Assembly: GCA_002348365.1 (NCBI GenBank)
Contig: DEBC01000130.1
Location: 106,281 to 162,943 of the forward strand
Direction of reading: 5' to 3'
Origin: Alphaproteobacteria bacterium UBA2966
GTDB lineage: Bacteria > Pseudomonadota > Alphaproteobacteria > UBA2966
Length of the DNA: 56,663 nt
Below, piece after piece: positions 1 to 9,380 of this stretch (the stretch's first letter is position 1; each line of letters opens with the position of its first letter). The notes beneath the pieces are model-generated. The model was not told where the DNA came from and ran no database searches. It saw only the letters and a program-made list of their open reading frames with translations. The position numbers were made by a program, and so were the translations under genes.

Positions 1-3
1 AAT

Positions 4-564
4 TTGTCGCTTCCGGAAAATCCGTTCTGGGATTTCTCTATACGTGTCTATGCCGTGACGGGCGTCGCCGAAGCCTGTTTGGCCTTGCAGGACGACCAGG
101 GTGCCGACGTTAATCTGGTCCTCTTTTGCCTGTGGGTTGCTCAGCAGAACGGCGGTCGGCTCAGTCGATCTCAACTCGAGGGGTATTTGGACCGGGTTGC
201 GGACTGGCAGGCGCAGGTGGTGGTACCGCTTCGCGCGCTTCGCAGGCAGCTCAAGGAAGAGAGCTCCGCCATTCCTCCTGAGTTTCGGGAGCTGGTGCGG
301 TCGACCGTCAAGCGTGCGGAACTCGATGCGGAGCATGCGGAGCAACTCTATCTGGCCAGCCTCAAACCGGAAGGCTCTGATTCGAAGAAACCGAGTCCTG
401 AAGCAGCTGCCATGGATGCGGCCGAGAACCTTGCGCAATATCTTTCGCTCCTCAAAGTCAGGTCTTCCTCAAGGGTTCAGGAAAAAGTTGACGTTCTCCT
501 TTCAGCCGCCTTTCCAGACGTGCCCCGCGACAAGATTGCGATACTCGCGAGGTATGAAACCTGA
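4..564 (+). CDS. TIGR02444/DUF2390 family protein
   Basis: N-terminus ENPFWDFSIRVYA...ACLALQDDQGADVNLVLFCLW and central VVVPLRALRRQLK...ELDAEHAEQ are typical of this family. TTG start lies at the window edge. Confidence 0.8.
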   Translation: MSLPENPFWDFSIRVYAVTGVAEACLALQDDQGADVNLVLFCLWVAQQNGGRLSRSQLEGYLDRVADWQAQVVVPLRALRRQLKEESSAIPPEFRELVRSTVKRAELDAEHAEQLYLASLKPEGSDSKKPSPEAAAMDAAENLAQYLSLLKVRSSSRVQEKVDVLLSAAFPDVPRDKIAILARYET

Positions 565-650
565 TGAAATTGAGGGTCACGATGCCGCTGACGCGCGTGC
601 CGACCTGTGCTTAAATATTGCTGCCGGGAAATGCCAGGAGGACATGCCAT

Positions 651-821
651 ATGAATGTCGATGCACGTGTGGAGTCGCTGAAGCAAATACACCACGACCT
701 TGAAGAGGCTATCAAGGAAGAGAATCAGCGGCCCATGCCTGACTCGGCGGTGTTGTCGGATCTCAAGCGTCAAAAGCTCCGCATCAAGGACGAGATCGCA
801 CAGCTCGATGCAGAGCACTAG
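651..821 (+). CDS. DUF465/YdcH family small coiled-coil protein
   Basis: MNVDARVESLKQIHHDLEEAI...RPMPD...LKRQKLRIKDEI. AGGAGG RBS at 636-641 precedes the ATG at 651. Confidence 0.85.
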   Translation: MNVDARVESLKQIHHDLEEAIKEENQRPMPDSAVLSDLKRQKLRIKDEIAQLDAEH

Positions 822-874
822 CGGCCGTGGATCTTCGCGGCACTGGGGTGGTACCGGTAGCCACTCCGCCCAAG

Positions 875-2512
875 CTAAAGTGACTTCGCCTTATCGCGGA
901 GGACGAATTTCTGAATCTTTCCGGTCGAAGTTTTCGGTAGATCTCCGAACACGACGAAGCGTGGGCACTTGTAGTGAGCGAGATTCTCGCGGCAGTACGC
1001 GATGATGTCATCCGCCGAAACTTCCGATTTCTGGGTTTTTAGCTCGACGAAGGCGCACGGCGTTTCTCCCCATTTCTCGTCCGGTTTGGCGACCACGGCA
1101 ACGTTCATCACCGCCGGGTGACGGAAGATCACGTCCTCGACTTCGATGGAAGAAATGTTCTCTCCTCCGGAAATGATAATGTCCTTGGAGCGGTCCTTGA
1201 GCTGGATGTATCCATCCTCATGCAGGACACCCAGGTCACCGGAGTGAAACCATCCACCGTCCAATGCCTCTTCCGTGGCCTCGGGGTTCTTCAAATACCC
1301 CTTCATGACGATGTTGCCCTTGAACATCACTTCACCCAGCGTCTCGCCGTCCGCCGGCACCTCCCTCATGGTCTCGGGATCCATGACGGTGAGACCCTGA
1401 AGAACCGGATAGCGCACGCCCTGTCGCGCCTTTCGCGCCGCCTGGTCCTCGGCGTTGAGCGCATTCCAGTCCGAGTGCCAATCGCAAACGACTGCGGGGC
1501 CGTACGTTTCGGTCAGTCCGTAGACATGCGTCACATCTAACCCATCGCGCTGCATTGCTTCGAGGAGCGCCGCCGGCGGCGGTGCTCCGGCGGTCATCAT
1601 GCTGACGTTATGTGAGAAGGGCTTCCGCTCATGATCCTCAGCATTGACGATGAGGTTCATGACGATGGGTGCCCCGCAGAGGTGTGTCACGCCATGGTCG
1701 GCGATCGCGGTATATATGTTGGCGGCCGCGACTTTTCTTGAACAGACGCTTGTGCCGGCCAGGGCGGCGAGCGTCCACGGGAAGCACCAGCCGTTGCAAT
1801 GGAACATCGGCAGGGTCCACAGGTAAACGGGGTGTCGCGGCATCGGCCAGGCCATGATGTTTCCGACCGCATTCAAATAGGCGCCCCGATGATGGTAAAC
1901 GACGCCTTTTGGATTCCCGGTGGTGCCCGATGTGTAGTTGAGGCAGATCGCCTGCCATTCGTCCGCCGGCAGATGCCACGCGAATTCGGCATCTCCCGAC
2001 TGGAGAAAGCTTTCGTAATCGATCTCTCCCAGGCGCTCTCCTTCCTGCACTGCAAGAGGGTCCACAATATCGATGACGATCGGGTCGGATTCGGTCTGGG
2101 CAAGTGCCTGTTTGATGGTTTCTGAAAATTCCGTATCGGTGATGAGTACCTTGGCCTCGCCATGATCGAGAATGAACGCGATGGTGCGCGCGTCCAAGCG
2201 CACGTTGAGTGCGTTCAGCACCGCGCCTGTCGCGGGTACGCCGAAGTGGCATTCATAGAGTTCAGGCGTGTTGGCGCCCATCACAGCAACCGTATCGCCG
2301 TGGCCGATTCCCCGTTGGGCTAGCGCCGAGGCAAGCTTCCGGCAGCGGGCATAGGTCTCAGCCCAGTTCCGGCGCGTGTCACCGTGAATCATCGCTATGT
2401 GATCCGGAAAGACGGCGGCGCTTCGTTCTATGAAAGTCAGGGGGGACAAGGCCTGATGATTCGCCGCGGCTTGGTCGAGATTGGAGTCGTAGATGGTCTC
2501 CGCACGCTTCAT
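875..2512 (-). CDS. Acyl-CoA synthetase (AMP-binding; DmdB1/PRK08162-like medium-chain or MMPA-CoA ligase)
   Basis: Motifs YTSGTTGNPKG, YGLTET, GWFHSGDLG, DRSKDIIISGGENISS and LPKTSTGKIQK. Start is ATG 2512 or TTG 2524. Confidence 0.9.
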   Translation of the reverse strand: MKRAETIYDSNLDQAAANHQALSPLTFIERSAAVFPDHIAMIHGDTRRNWAETYARCRKLASALAQRGIGHGDTVAVMGANTPELYECHFGVPATGAVLNALNVRLDARTIAFILDHGEAKVLITDTEFSETIKQALAQTESDPIVIDIVDPLAVQEGERLGEIDYESFLQSGDAEFAWHLPADEWQAICLNYTSGTTGNPKGVVYHHRGAYLNAVGNIMAWPMPRHPVYLWTLPMFHCNGWCFPWTLAALAGTSVCSRKVAAANIYTAIADHGVTHLCGAPIVMNLIVNAEDHERKPFSHNVSMMTAGAPPPAALLEAMQRDGLDVTHVYGLTETYGPAVVCDWHSDWNALNAEDQAARKARQGVRYPVLQGLTVMDPETMREVPADGETLGEVMFKGNIVMKGYLKNPEATEEALDGGWFHSGDLGVLHEDGYIQLKDRSKDIIISGGENISSIEVEDVIFRHPAVMNVAVVAKPDEKWGETPCAFVELKTQKSEVSADDIIAYCRENLAHYKCPRFVVFGDLPKTSTGKIQKFVLRDKAKSL

Positions 2513-2566
2513 TTGGTTCACCAATTGGTTAGCCCGTCAGAGGTTCGAGTCATAGTTCAATGCGGT

Positions 2567-3340
2567 TCAACCGATCAATGCGGCGAGACCCGTTCCGTCA
2601 TAGAGAAGTTTGAGCCCGGCCGCGGCGAGGAACACGTAGCAGACATTGTAAAACAATCTCGGATCCACTTTGTCATGCATCCAGATGCCCAGAAGCATAC
2701 CCGCCGCCGCGATCGGCAGCAGGATCAACGACGTCGTCAGATTGATGGGCGCCAGTTGTCCGAGCCAGGCATATGGCGGAATCTTGGCAACATTGCTGAT
2801 GGCGAAAAAGACGACCGTCGTGCCGACAAAGACGGTCTTATCCATTCGCAAAGGCAGAAGATACATTTGAAGTGGTGGTCCACCGGCAAGGCTGATGAAG
2901 CTCGTAAATCCGGAGACGGTGGCCCAGAATGTACCTTTCGCAACGTTCTCCCGGGCTGGGGGCCGGTTGTGCCGCTGGCTGAACCAGAAATCTGCCGCAA
3001 ACCATACGGCGATCGTTCCGACAATTAGCCGAATGGCTTGATCGCTGACCATGCCCGCCATTGCTGTTCCTACAGCAAGCCCCGCCAGCATGGCCGGTGC
3101 CAAGAACTTCATCTGCCGCCGATCCCATTTCCTGCGGTAGGCCCAGAGGCCGAAGAGATCCATGAAGCAGAGTATGGGCAGCATGATGCCTGCGGCCTGC
3201 AGCGGCGGCATGACCAGGGACAGCATGGGAACAGAGACGGATCCAATGCCGCCACCAAACCCGCCCTTGGAAATTCCGACGAGGATGACGGCCGGCACGG
3301 CGATGACATAGAACCAAAGATCAGGAACAGGAGGCGCCAA
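2567..3340 (-). CDS. TauE/SafE family (sulfite exporter-like) membrane protein
   Basis: Very hydrophobic 257 aa with GISKGGFGGG, AAGIMLPIL, SGFTSFISLAGGPP and NVAKIPPY motifs. Confidence 0.85.
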   Translation of the reverse strand: MAPPVPDLWFYVIAVPAVILVGISKGGFGGGIGSVSVPMLSLVMPPLQAAGIMLPILCFMDLFGLWAYRRKWDRRQMKFLAPAMLAGLAVGTAMAGMVSDQAIRLIVGTIAVWFAADFWFSQRHNRPPARENVAKGTFWATVSGFTSFISLAGGPPLQMYLLPLRMDKTVFVGTTVVFFAISNVAKIPPYAWLGQLAPINLTTSLILLPIAAAGMLLGIWMHDKVDPRLFYNVCYVFLAAAGLKLLYDGTGLAALIG

Positions 3341-3503
3341 GGAGACCTTGCCAATTCTGTGGGATTTGTGGCGTCCGAACTAGGCTCAGCATAGGGCGTT
3401 GATTGCCAATTGTGCACTCAACAGCGAGACCCTCTCGACTCCACATGCGTGAACGCGCATCCTTTGGAAAAGGCCAGATCGAGCCATCATGGGAGGTCCG
3501 AAG

Positions 3504-5399
3504 ATGACGAGCGGCTATGAAGAAGTTTATGCCAGATGGCAGTCCGACCCGGAGGGGTTCTGGGCTGAAGCAGCAGAAGCGATCCATTGGTATAAGAAGT
3601 GGGACACGGTCCTCGATTCGTCCCAAAAACCATTCTATCGCTGGTTCGTCGGTGGTGAGACCAACACCTGTTACAACTGCGTGGACCGTCATGTCGACAG
3701 CGGTCGTGGTGATCAGCCGGCACTGATTTACGACAGTCCGATCACCGGCGCGAAACGGACTCTTAATTATTCTGACCTCAAAGACGAGGTGTCCAGATTT
3801 GCCGGTGTTCTCCGCCAGCACGGCATCGAGAAAGGGGACCGCGTCATCATCTACATGTCGATGGTGCCGCAGGCTGCCATCGCCATGCTTGCCTGCGCTC
3901 GGATCGGGGCGGTGCATTCAGTCGTGTTCGGGGGATTCGCAGCCAATGAATTGGCGACCCGAATCGACGACGCGACGCCGAAAATGATTGTGGTCACCAG
4001 CTGCGGGATCGAACCCGGACGTATCGTTGAGTACAAGCCCATGGTCGATGGTGCTATCGAGATGGCCGACCACAAACCGGATACCTGCATCATTCTGCAG
4101 CGCGAACAGCACCCCGCCGACCTCATCCCAGGCCGGGACGTCGATTGGGAAGAGGCGATGGCGGCAGCGGAACCCGTCGACTGTGTCCCCGTACTGGCCA
4201 CAGACCCCCTCTATATCCTCTACACGTCGGGCACGACGGGCGTGCCCAAAGGTGTGGTTCGTGACAACGGCGGCCACCTGGTCGCCATGGCCTGGAGCAT
4301 GCCGAACGTCTACGGGGTCGAGCCCGGGGAGGTGTACTGGGCGGCCTCTGATTTGGGTTGGGCGGTGGGCCATTCCTACATTGTGTACGGCCCACTCACC
4401 TATGGTTGTGCCTCTATCCTTTTCGAGGGGAAACCAGTGGGAACACCCGATGCCGGGGTGTTCTGGCGCATTATCTCTGAGCATAAGTGTTCGGTGCTGT
4501 TCACGGCACCGACAGCATTCCGGGCGATCAAGCGGGATGATCCTGACGGAAAACTGATCCAGCAATACGACTTGAGCAGTTTCCGGACCCTTTTCCTGGC
4601 AGGAGAACGGTCCGATCCAGATACGCTGGAGTGGGCGGAGAGCCAGCTTGGCGTTCCAGTGATCGATCATTGGTGGCAGACCGAAACCGGTTGGGTAATT
4701 GGCGGAAACTATTCCGGCCTTGGGTTACTGCCGGTGAAACACGGGTCTGCCTCAAAACCGGCACCCGGATTCGACGTGCAGATCGTTGATGATAACGTCA
4801 ACCAGGTTGCCGCGGGGGAGACCGGCGCAATTGTCATCAAACTGCCAATGCCGCCGGGCTGCCTGCCTACCTTGTGGAACAACGATGACGGCTACCTGTC
4901 ATCCTATCTCGAAGACTTTCCCGGCTACTACAAAACGGGTGACGCCGGGTACAAGGATGAGGACGGTTACCTGTACATCATGAGTCGCACCGACGACATC
5001 ATCAACGTCGCTGGTCACCGCTTGTCGACAGGTGGCATGGAAGAGATTTTGGCCAGTCATCAGGACGTTGCGGAGTGCGCGGTAATCGGTGTTCATGACC
5101 AGCTCAAGGGACAGGTACCCATCGGATTCCTCGTGTTGAAAGCGGGCGTGAATCGACCGCACGAGGAAATCGTGGATGAAATCGTATCACTGGTGCGCAC
5201 TCGTATTGGTGCGGTCGCTTCATTTCGAAAGGCGACCGTCGTGGAACGTCTGCCCAAGACCCGGTCAGGTAAGATTCTGAGAGGTACCATGCGTCGAATC
5301 GCGGACGGGGAGGAGTTCAAGATGCCCGCGACGATCGACGACCCGGCAATTCTCGATGAGATCGGAGAGGCATTGCAGGGGATCGGTTACGCACAGTGA
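3504..5399 (+). CDS. prpE: Propionyl-CoA synthetase
   Basis: DPEGFWAEAAEAIHW, TCYNCVDRH, YTSGTTGVPKG, ASDLGWAVGHSYIVYGPL, DHWWQTETGW, LPKTRSGKILR and PATIDDPAIL. GGGAGG RBS precedes ATG 3504. Confidence 0.9.
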   Translation: MTSGYEEVYARWQSDPEGFWAEAAEAIHWYKKWDTVLDSSQKPFYRWFVGGETNTCYNCVDRHVDSGRGDQPALIYDSPITGAKRTLNYSDLKDEVSRFAGVLRQHGIEKGDRVIIYMSMVPQAAIAMLACARIGAVHSVVFGGFAANELATRIDDATPKMIVVTSCGIEPGRIVEYKPMVDGAIEMADHKPDTCIILQREQHPADLIPGRDVDWEEAMAAAEPVDCVPVLATDPLYILYTSGTTGVPKGVVRDNGGHLVAMAWSMPNVYGVEPGEVYWAASDLGWAVGHSYIVYGPLTYGCASILFEGKPVGTPDAGVFWRIISEHKCSVLFTAPTAFRAIKRDDPDGKLIQQYDLSSFRTLFLAGERSDPDTLEWAESQLGVPVIDHWWQTETGWVIGGNYSGLGLLPVKHGSASKPAPGFDVQIVDDNVNQVAAGETGAIVIKLPMPPGCLPTLWNNDDGYLSSYLEDFPGYYKTGDAGYKDEDGYLYIMSRTDDIINVAGHRLSTGGMEEILASHQDVAECAVIGVHDQLKGQVPIGFLVLKAGVNRPHEEIVDEIVSLVRTRIGAVASFRKATVVERLPKTRSGKILRGTMRRIADGEEFKMPATIDDPAILDEIGEALQGIGYAQ

Positions 5400-5518
5400 C
5401 CTTCGCCGCATGACGGAACCACACTGAACAGGACACCGGTTCGACTGACAGGGAAACATGCTTCCCTGGCTTCGAGGCGTGGTGAATTCGAATTGAAAAA
5501 ATGCAGAAGGGGAGCGCA

Positions 5519-6310
5519 ATGCGACTTGAAGGAAAGAGGGCCCTGATTACCGGCGGTGGCCGAGGTATTGGGCTGGCATGTGCCCGGCGGTTCGTTGCCG
5601 AGGGCGCAGCGGTTGTGATCGGCGACATCCTGCTTGACGAGGGACAGGCCGCCGCCGACGAACTCAATCAGGCGGGGGGCAGGGCAACATTCATCGAGTG
5701 TGATGTCACGGATGTTGGTCAAGCGAACAACTTTGTCGCCGCAGGTGTCGACTTTCTGGGCGGGGTGGACACGCTGTTGAACAACGCAGGCATCATCGGA
5801 CCGGGAACGCCGTTCCTGGAGACCACTGAAGATGAATTCCGGCGAATTATGGAAATCAATGTGTTCGGAGCGTTTCGCGTTGCTCAGGCGACGGCTCGGC
5901 ACATGGTGGATCAGGGCATACAAGGAAGTATTGTCAATACGGCGTCAATGGTATCCACGCTCGCGAACCCCGATCAGGCCGCCTACGTTTCGTCCAAACA
6001 CGGGATCCATGGTTTGACCAAGGTCATGGCGCTGGCACTCGCAGAACATGGTATCCGGGTCAACGCGGTCGGGCCGGGCACTATAAAAACCGCGGTCGCC
6101 GAGGCCGTTCTGGTCAATAAGACCGCCTACCGTCGCGTACTGTCCCGAATCCCTCTCGGCTACATCGGTGAGCCGGAAGATGTTTCGGGTCCGGTGTTGT
6201 TCCTGGCGAGCGATGAATCGTCATACATGACTGGACAAATCATCTACCCCGATGGCGGACGGCTGGCACTGAATCACGTGATGCCCGTCGACGACCTGCC
6301 TGCTGCGTAG
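5519..6310 (+). CDS. SDR family NAD-dependent oxidoreductase (paralog 1 of 5)
   Basis: TGGGRGIG, NNAG, catalytic S and YVSSK, RVNAVGPG, C-terminal DGGRLALNHVMP. Confidence 0.92.
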   Translation: MRLEGKRALITGGGRGIGLACARRFVAEGAAVVIGDILLDEGQAAADELNQAGGRATFIECDVTDVGQANNFVAAGVDFLGGVDTLLNNAGIIGPGTPFLETTEDEFRRIMEINVFGAFRVAQATARHMVDQGIQGSIVNTASMVSTLANPDQAAYVSSKHGIHGLTKVMALALAEHGIRVNAVGPGTIKTAVAEAVLVNKTAYRRVLSRIPLGYIGEPEDVSGPVLFLASDESSYMTGQIIYPDGGRLALNHVMPVDDLPAA

Positions 6311-6355
6311 GGCTTCTCGAGTCCGAGCAATTTATAGAATTCGAACCAGAGGATT

Positions 6356-7206
6356 GAATATGAGACTCGAGGGAAAAGTAGCCATCGTCACGGGTGGTGG
6401 TCGCGGTATCGGGCTTGCCGTCGCGAAGAGGCTGGCCGAGGAGGGTGCCGCCGTCATGATCGGCGAGATCGACACCAGTTTGGGAGAATCAGCTGTCGCC
6501 ACGTTGACTGGTGAGGGCCATAAGGCCGCATTTGTGACGTGCGACGTGAGCGATCCCGCGTCCGCGGCCAACCTCGCAGCAGATACCGTGTCAACACTCG
6601 GTGGCCTCGACATCGTTGTGAACAATGCCGGCATTACTCGCATTGGAGATTTTCTTGAGACGGACATCGAAGATTTCGATGCGGTTCTCGACGTGAATCT
6701 CCGTGGCGTGTTTGCCGTATCTCAGGCTGCCGCGCGTGAAATGGTGAAGGCGGGCACCAAGGGTGCCATCGTCAATATTTGTTCGGTCACAGCGGTACTC
6801 GGTATGCCTGAGCAGATCAGCTATTGCGTGTCGAAGGCCGGTGTCTACCAGCTGACACGAAGTGTCGGGTTGGCACTGGCGGACAAGGGGATTCGGGTAA
6901 ACGCGGTTGGCCCGGGAACCGTTCAGACTGAGATGTCGGCGGGTGTCTTGGACTACGACACCGATAACGTCGCAATGAAGCGGGTGTTGGCACGGACTCC
7001 GCTGGGCCGCCTGGCCAAGCCAGAGGAAATTGCGAATACCGTTCTGTTTCTGGCCAGCGACGATGCGGCATACCTCACGGGGCATATCGTATTCGTCGAC
7101 GGTGGGCGGATGATTCAAAACATCGTACTGTCGTTTGACGACTAGCCATTTCACTGATTCGGACGGCGCGGAAAGGATCGAATATGAGACTCGAGGGAAA
7201 AGTAGC
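6356..7206 (+). repeat. Identical 27-bp direct repeat spanning the start codons of SDR2 (6356-6382) and SDR3 (7180-7206)
   Basis: GAATATGAGACTCGAGGGAAAAGTAGC occurs at both positions. Similarity extends into the AGGAT RBS and the following codons. Confidence 0.9.
6360..7145 (+). CDS. SDR family NAD-dependent oxidoreductase (paralog 2 of 5)
   Basis: TGGGRGIG, NNAG, YCVSK, RVNAVGPG, DGGR. Confidence 0.92.
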   Translation: MRLEGKVAIVTGGGRGIGLAVAKRLAEEGAAVMIGEIDTSLGESAVATLTGEGHKAAFVTCDVSDPASAANLAADTVSTLGGLDIVVNNAGITRIGDFLETDIEDFDAVLDVNLRGVFAVSQAAAREMVKAGTKGAIVNICSVTAVLGMPEQISYCVSKAGVYQLTRSVGLALADKGIRVNAVGPGTVQTEMSAGVLDYDTDNVAMKRVLARTPLGRLAKPEEIANTVLFLASDDAAYLTGHIVFVDGGRMIQNIVLSFDD

Positions 7207-7963
7207 AATCGTTACGGGCGCTGGCCGAGGAATTGGCCGCGGCTGTGCCAAGCGCTTCGCCGCTGAAGGCGCATCCGTCGTGATTGCCGATGTTTATGAA
7301 GAGGGCGGCACGGCTGTTGCCGCGGAAATCGAGGCAGAAGGTGGTAAGGCGGTGTTTGTCTCTTGTGATATCAGCGATCCCGCACAGGCGGGTGCCTTGG
7401 TGCAGGCGGCGGTGGATACCTATGGCGGGCTTGATGTTTGCCTGAATTGCGCTGGAGTCATTCCCATCGACGGTTCCGATGTCCTCGAAACCGACGAAGC
7501 GGAGTGGGATCGCGTGGTCGGTATCAATCTCAAGGGAGCCTTCCTGGTTTGCCAGGCTGCCGCAAGAGAGATGGTGAAAAGCGGATCGGGAAGTATCATC
7601 AACATCGCGTCGGTGACTGCGGTGATAGCGATCGGCAATCAGGCGGCCTATGTCGCGTCCAAAGCGGGCGTCAACGGCCTGACCAAGTCGCTGGCCGTCG
7701 GCCTTGCCCACCGTGGAGTGCGGGTCAACGCGATTGGGCCGGGATCGATTGAAACCGACATGGCTGCGGTGGTCCTCTCCGACGAAGAGTCCCTCGCCCG
7801 CGTCATGTCGCGAACGCCGCTGCACCGAATGGGACAGCCCGAAGATATAGCGGGCACGGCGTTATTTCTGGCCAGCGACGATTCGAGCTATATCACGGGC
7901 CAGACGATTTATGTCGAAGGTGGGCGACTTGCGCTTAACCACGTGATGCCGCAGAAGGACTGA
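7184..7963 (+). CDS. SDR family NAD-dependent oxidoreductase (paralog 3 of 5)
   Basis: TGAGRGIG, NCAG, YVASK, RVNAIGPG, EGGRLALNHVMP. Confidence 0.92.
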   Translation: MRLEGKVAIVTGAGRGIGRGCAKRFAAEGASVVIADVYEEGGTAVAAEIEAEGGKAVFVSCDISDPAQAGALVQAAVDTYGGLDVCLNCAGVIPIDGSDVLETDEAEWDRVVGINLKGAFLVCQAAAREMVKSGSGSIINIASVTAVIAIGNQAAYVASKAGVNGLTKSLAVGLAHRGVRVNAIGPGSIETDMAAVVLSDEESLARVMSRTPLHRMGQPEDIAGTALFLASDDSSYITGQTIYVEGGRLALNHVMPQKD

Positions 7964-7981
7964 TGAACGGTTGAGACGACA

Positions 7982-9334
7982 ATGAGTGTTCAGACAGCTG
8001 GCGCCGAGCGGAGGCATCCAGACCATCCAAGCGCCGGATTGCCACTGGAAGATGCAGAGCTCACGCACGCTGGTCCCGGTACACCGATGGGCGAGTTGCT
8101 ACGCAAGTTCTGGCAGCCTGTCTGTCTTTCATCAGAATTATCTGACCTGCCGAAGGCAATCCGTATCCTCGGTGAGGACCTGGTCGCTTTCCGCGATCAC
8201 GCAGGCCGGGTCGGAGTCCTCCATCGCCACTGCAGTCATCGGGGCACCTCGCTGGAGTACGGCATCATCGCGGAGAACGGTCTCCGTTGCTGTTACCACG
8301 GCTGGTTGTTCGACATCGATGGCACCATCCTGGAGACTCCGGGTGAGCCAGTGGGATCGCCGCTGAGTGACTCGTTTCGGCACGGGGCATATCCGGCGCG
8401 GGAGTTTGAAGGGCTTGTGTTCGCGTATCTGGGTCCGCCCGAAGAGGTCCCTCCATTTCCCATTCTCGATTGCTACGTCGAGCCTGCCGGGAACCGACTG
8501 GTGCCGTTCTCGGTCTGGCATCCGTGCAATTGGCTGCAAGTCCACGACAATGTCATGGATCCAGTGCATGCAGCCTTTCTGCATGCACAGATGAGCAACA
8601 TTCAGTTGACCGAATCCTACGGGGAAGTGCCTGTCCTGGACTTCGCCGACGTACCCAATGGGATTGTGTACATCGGCGGTCGACGTATCGGCGATCACGT
8701 ATGGATCAAGGGCAATCACGCCATGTTGCCGAACATGGGCCAGACGACGGCGCTCTGGGAAACCGCAAACAGTGTGAAGTATTTCACTGGAGTGAGCCTG
8801 ACCAAGTGGATCGTGCCTTCGGACGACACGCATTGCTGGATGTATGGGTTCCGGCACTTCAACGAAGAAGTCGATCCGGAGGGTGTTGGCGCGGAAGACG
8901 AATGTGGCGTCGACAGTGTCGATTTCTTCGGCCAGACAGGGCATCGGCGCTACGACGAGAGCCAGCGCGAACCTGGAGACTGGGATGCCCAGGTGTCCCA
9001 GCGTCCCATCGCCATCCATGCTCTGGAGCACCTCGGTACGACTGATCGTGGTGTCGTCTCTCTGCGTCGCATGCTGCGGCAATCGGTGCGTCGGGAGAGA
9101 GATCCGCTGGCTGATCTGAAGGCTCAGTGCACATCGGCGCTGCCAGTTCATACCTACTGCTACGATACCGTTCTTGCGATCCCGCCGCGTGCCGAAGGAG
9201 ACGATCGCGAGTTCCTGCGTGAACTGGGACAACAGGTCGTTTCAGCATTGATGGACGCAGAGGACTACAACGGGGAAGAGCGCCGCGCGTATTTGAGACA
9301 GCGGATGCAGCAGATTGAAGCGGCGAACCAATGA
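7982..9334 (+). CDS. Rieske non-heme iron oxygenase alpha subunit (phthalate 4,5-dioxygenase/LigX-like group)
   Basis: Rieske motif CSHRG...CCYHGW, mononuclear Fe site NVMDPVHAAFLH, N-terminal GPGTPMGELLRKFWQP and C-terminal EHLGTTDRGV. Confidence 0.9.
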   Translation: MSVQTAGAERRHPDHPSAGLPLEDAELTHAGPGTPMGELLRKFWQPVCLSSELSDLPKAIRILGEDLVAFRDHAGRVGVLHRHCSHRGTSLEYGIIAENGLRCCYHGWLFDIDGTILETPGEPVGSPLSDSFRHGAYPAREFEGLVFAYLGPPEEVPPFPILDCYVEPAGNRLVPFSVWHPCNWLQVHDNVMDPVHAAFLHAQMSNIQLTESYGEVPVLDFADVPNGIVYIGGRRIGDHVWIKGNHAMLPNMGQTTALWETANSVKYFTGVSLTKWIVPSDDTHCWMYGFRHFNEEVDPEGVGAEDECGVDSVDFFGQTGHRRYDESQREPGDWDAQVSQRPIAIHALEHLGTTDRGVVSLRRMLRQSVRRERDPLADLKAQCTSALPVHTYCYDTVLAIPPRAEGDDREFLRELGQQVVSALMDAEDYNGEERRAYLRQRMQQIEAANQ

Positions 9335-9380
9335 ACACACCCGGACCCACCGCGTATCACTGGCAATTAATGAGGACACG

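Noticed and set aside
8138-9232. 364-aa minus-strand ORF, and similar long antisense ORFs over prpE, metY, tilS and ftsH
   Set aside because: They fully overlap well-supported genes on the opposite strand and show no protein family features.
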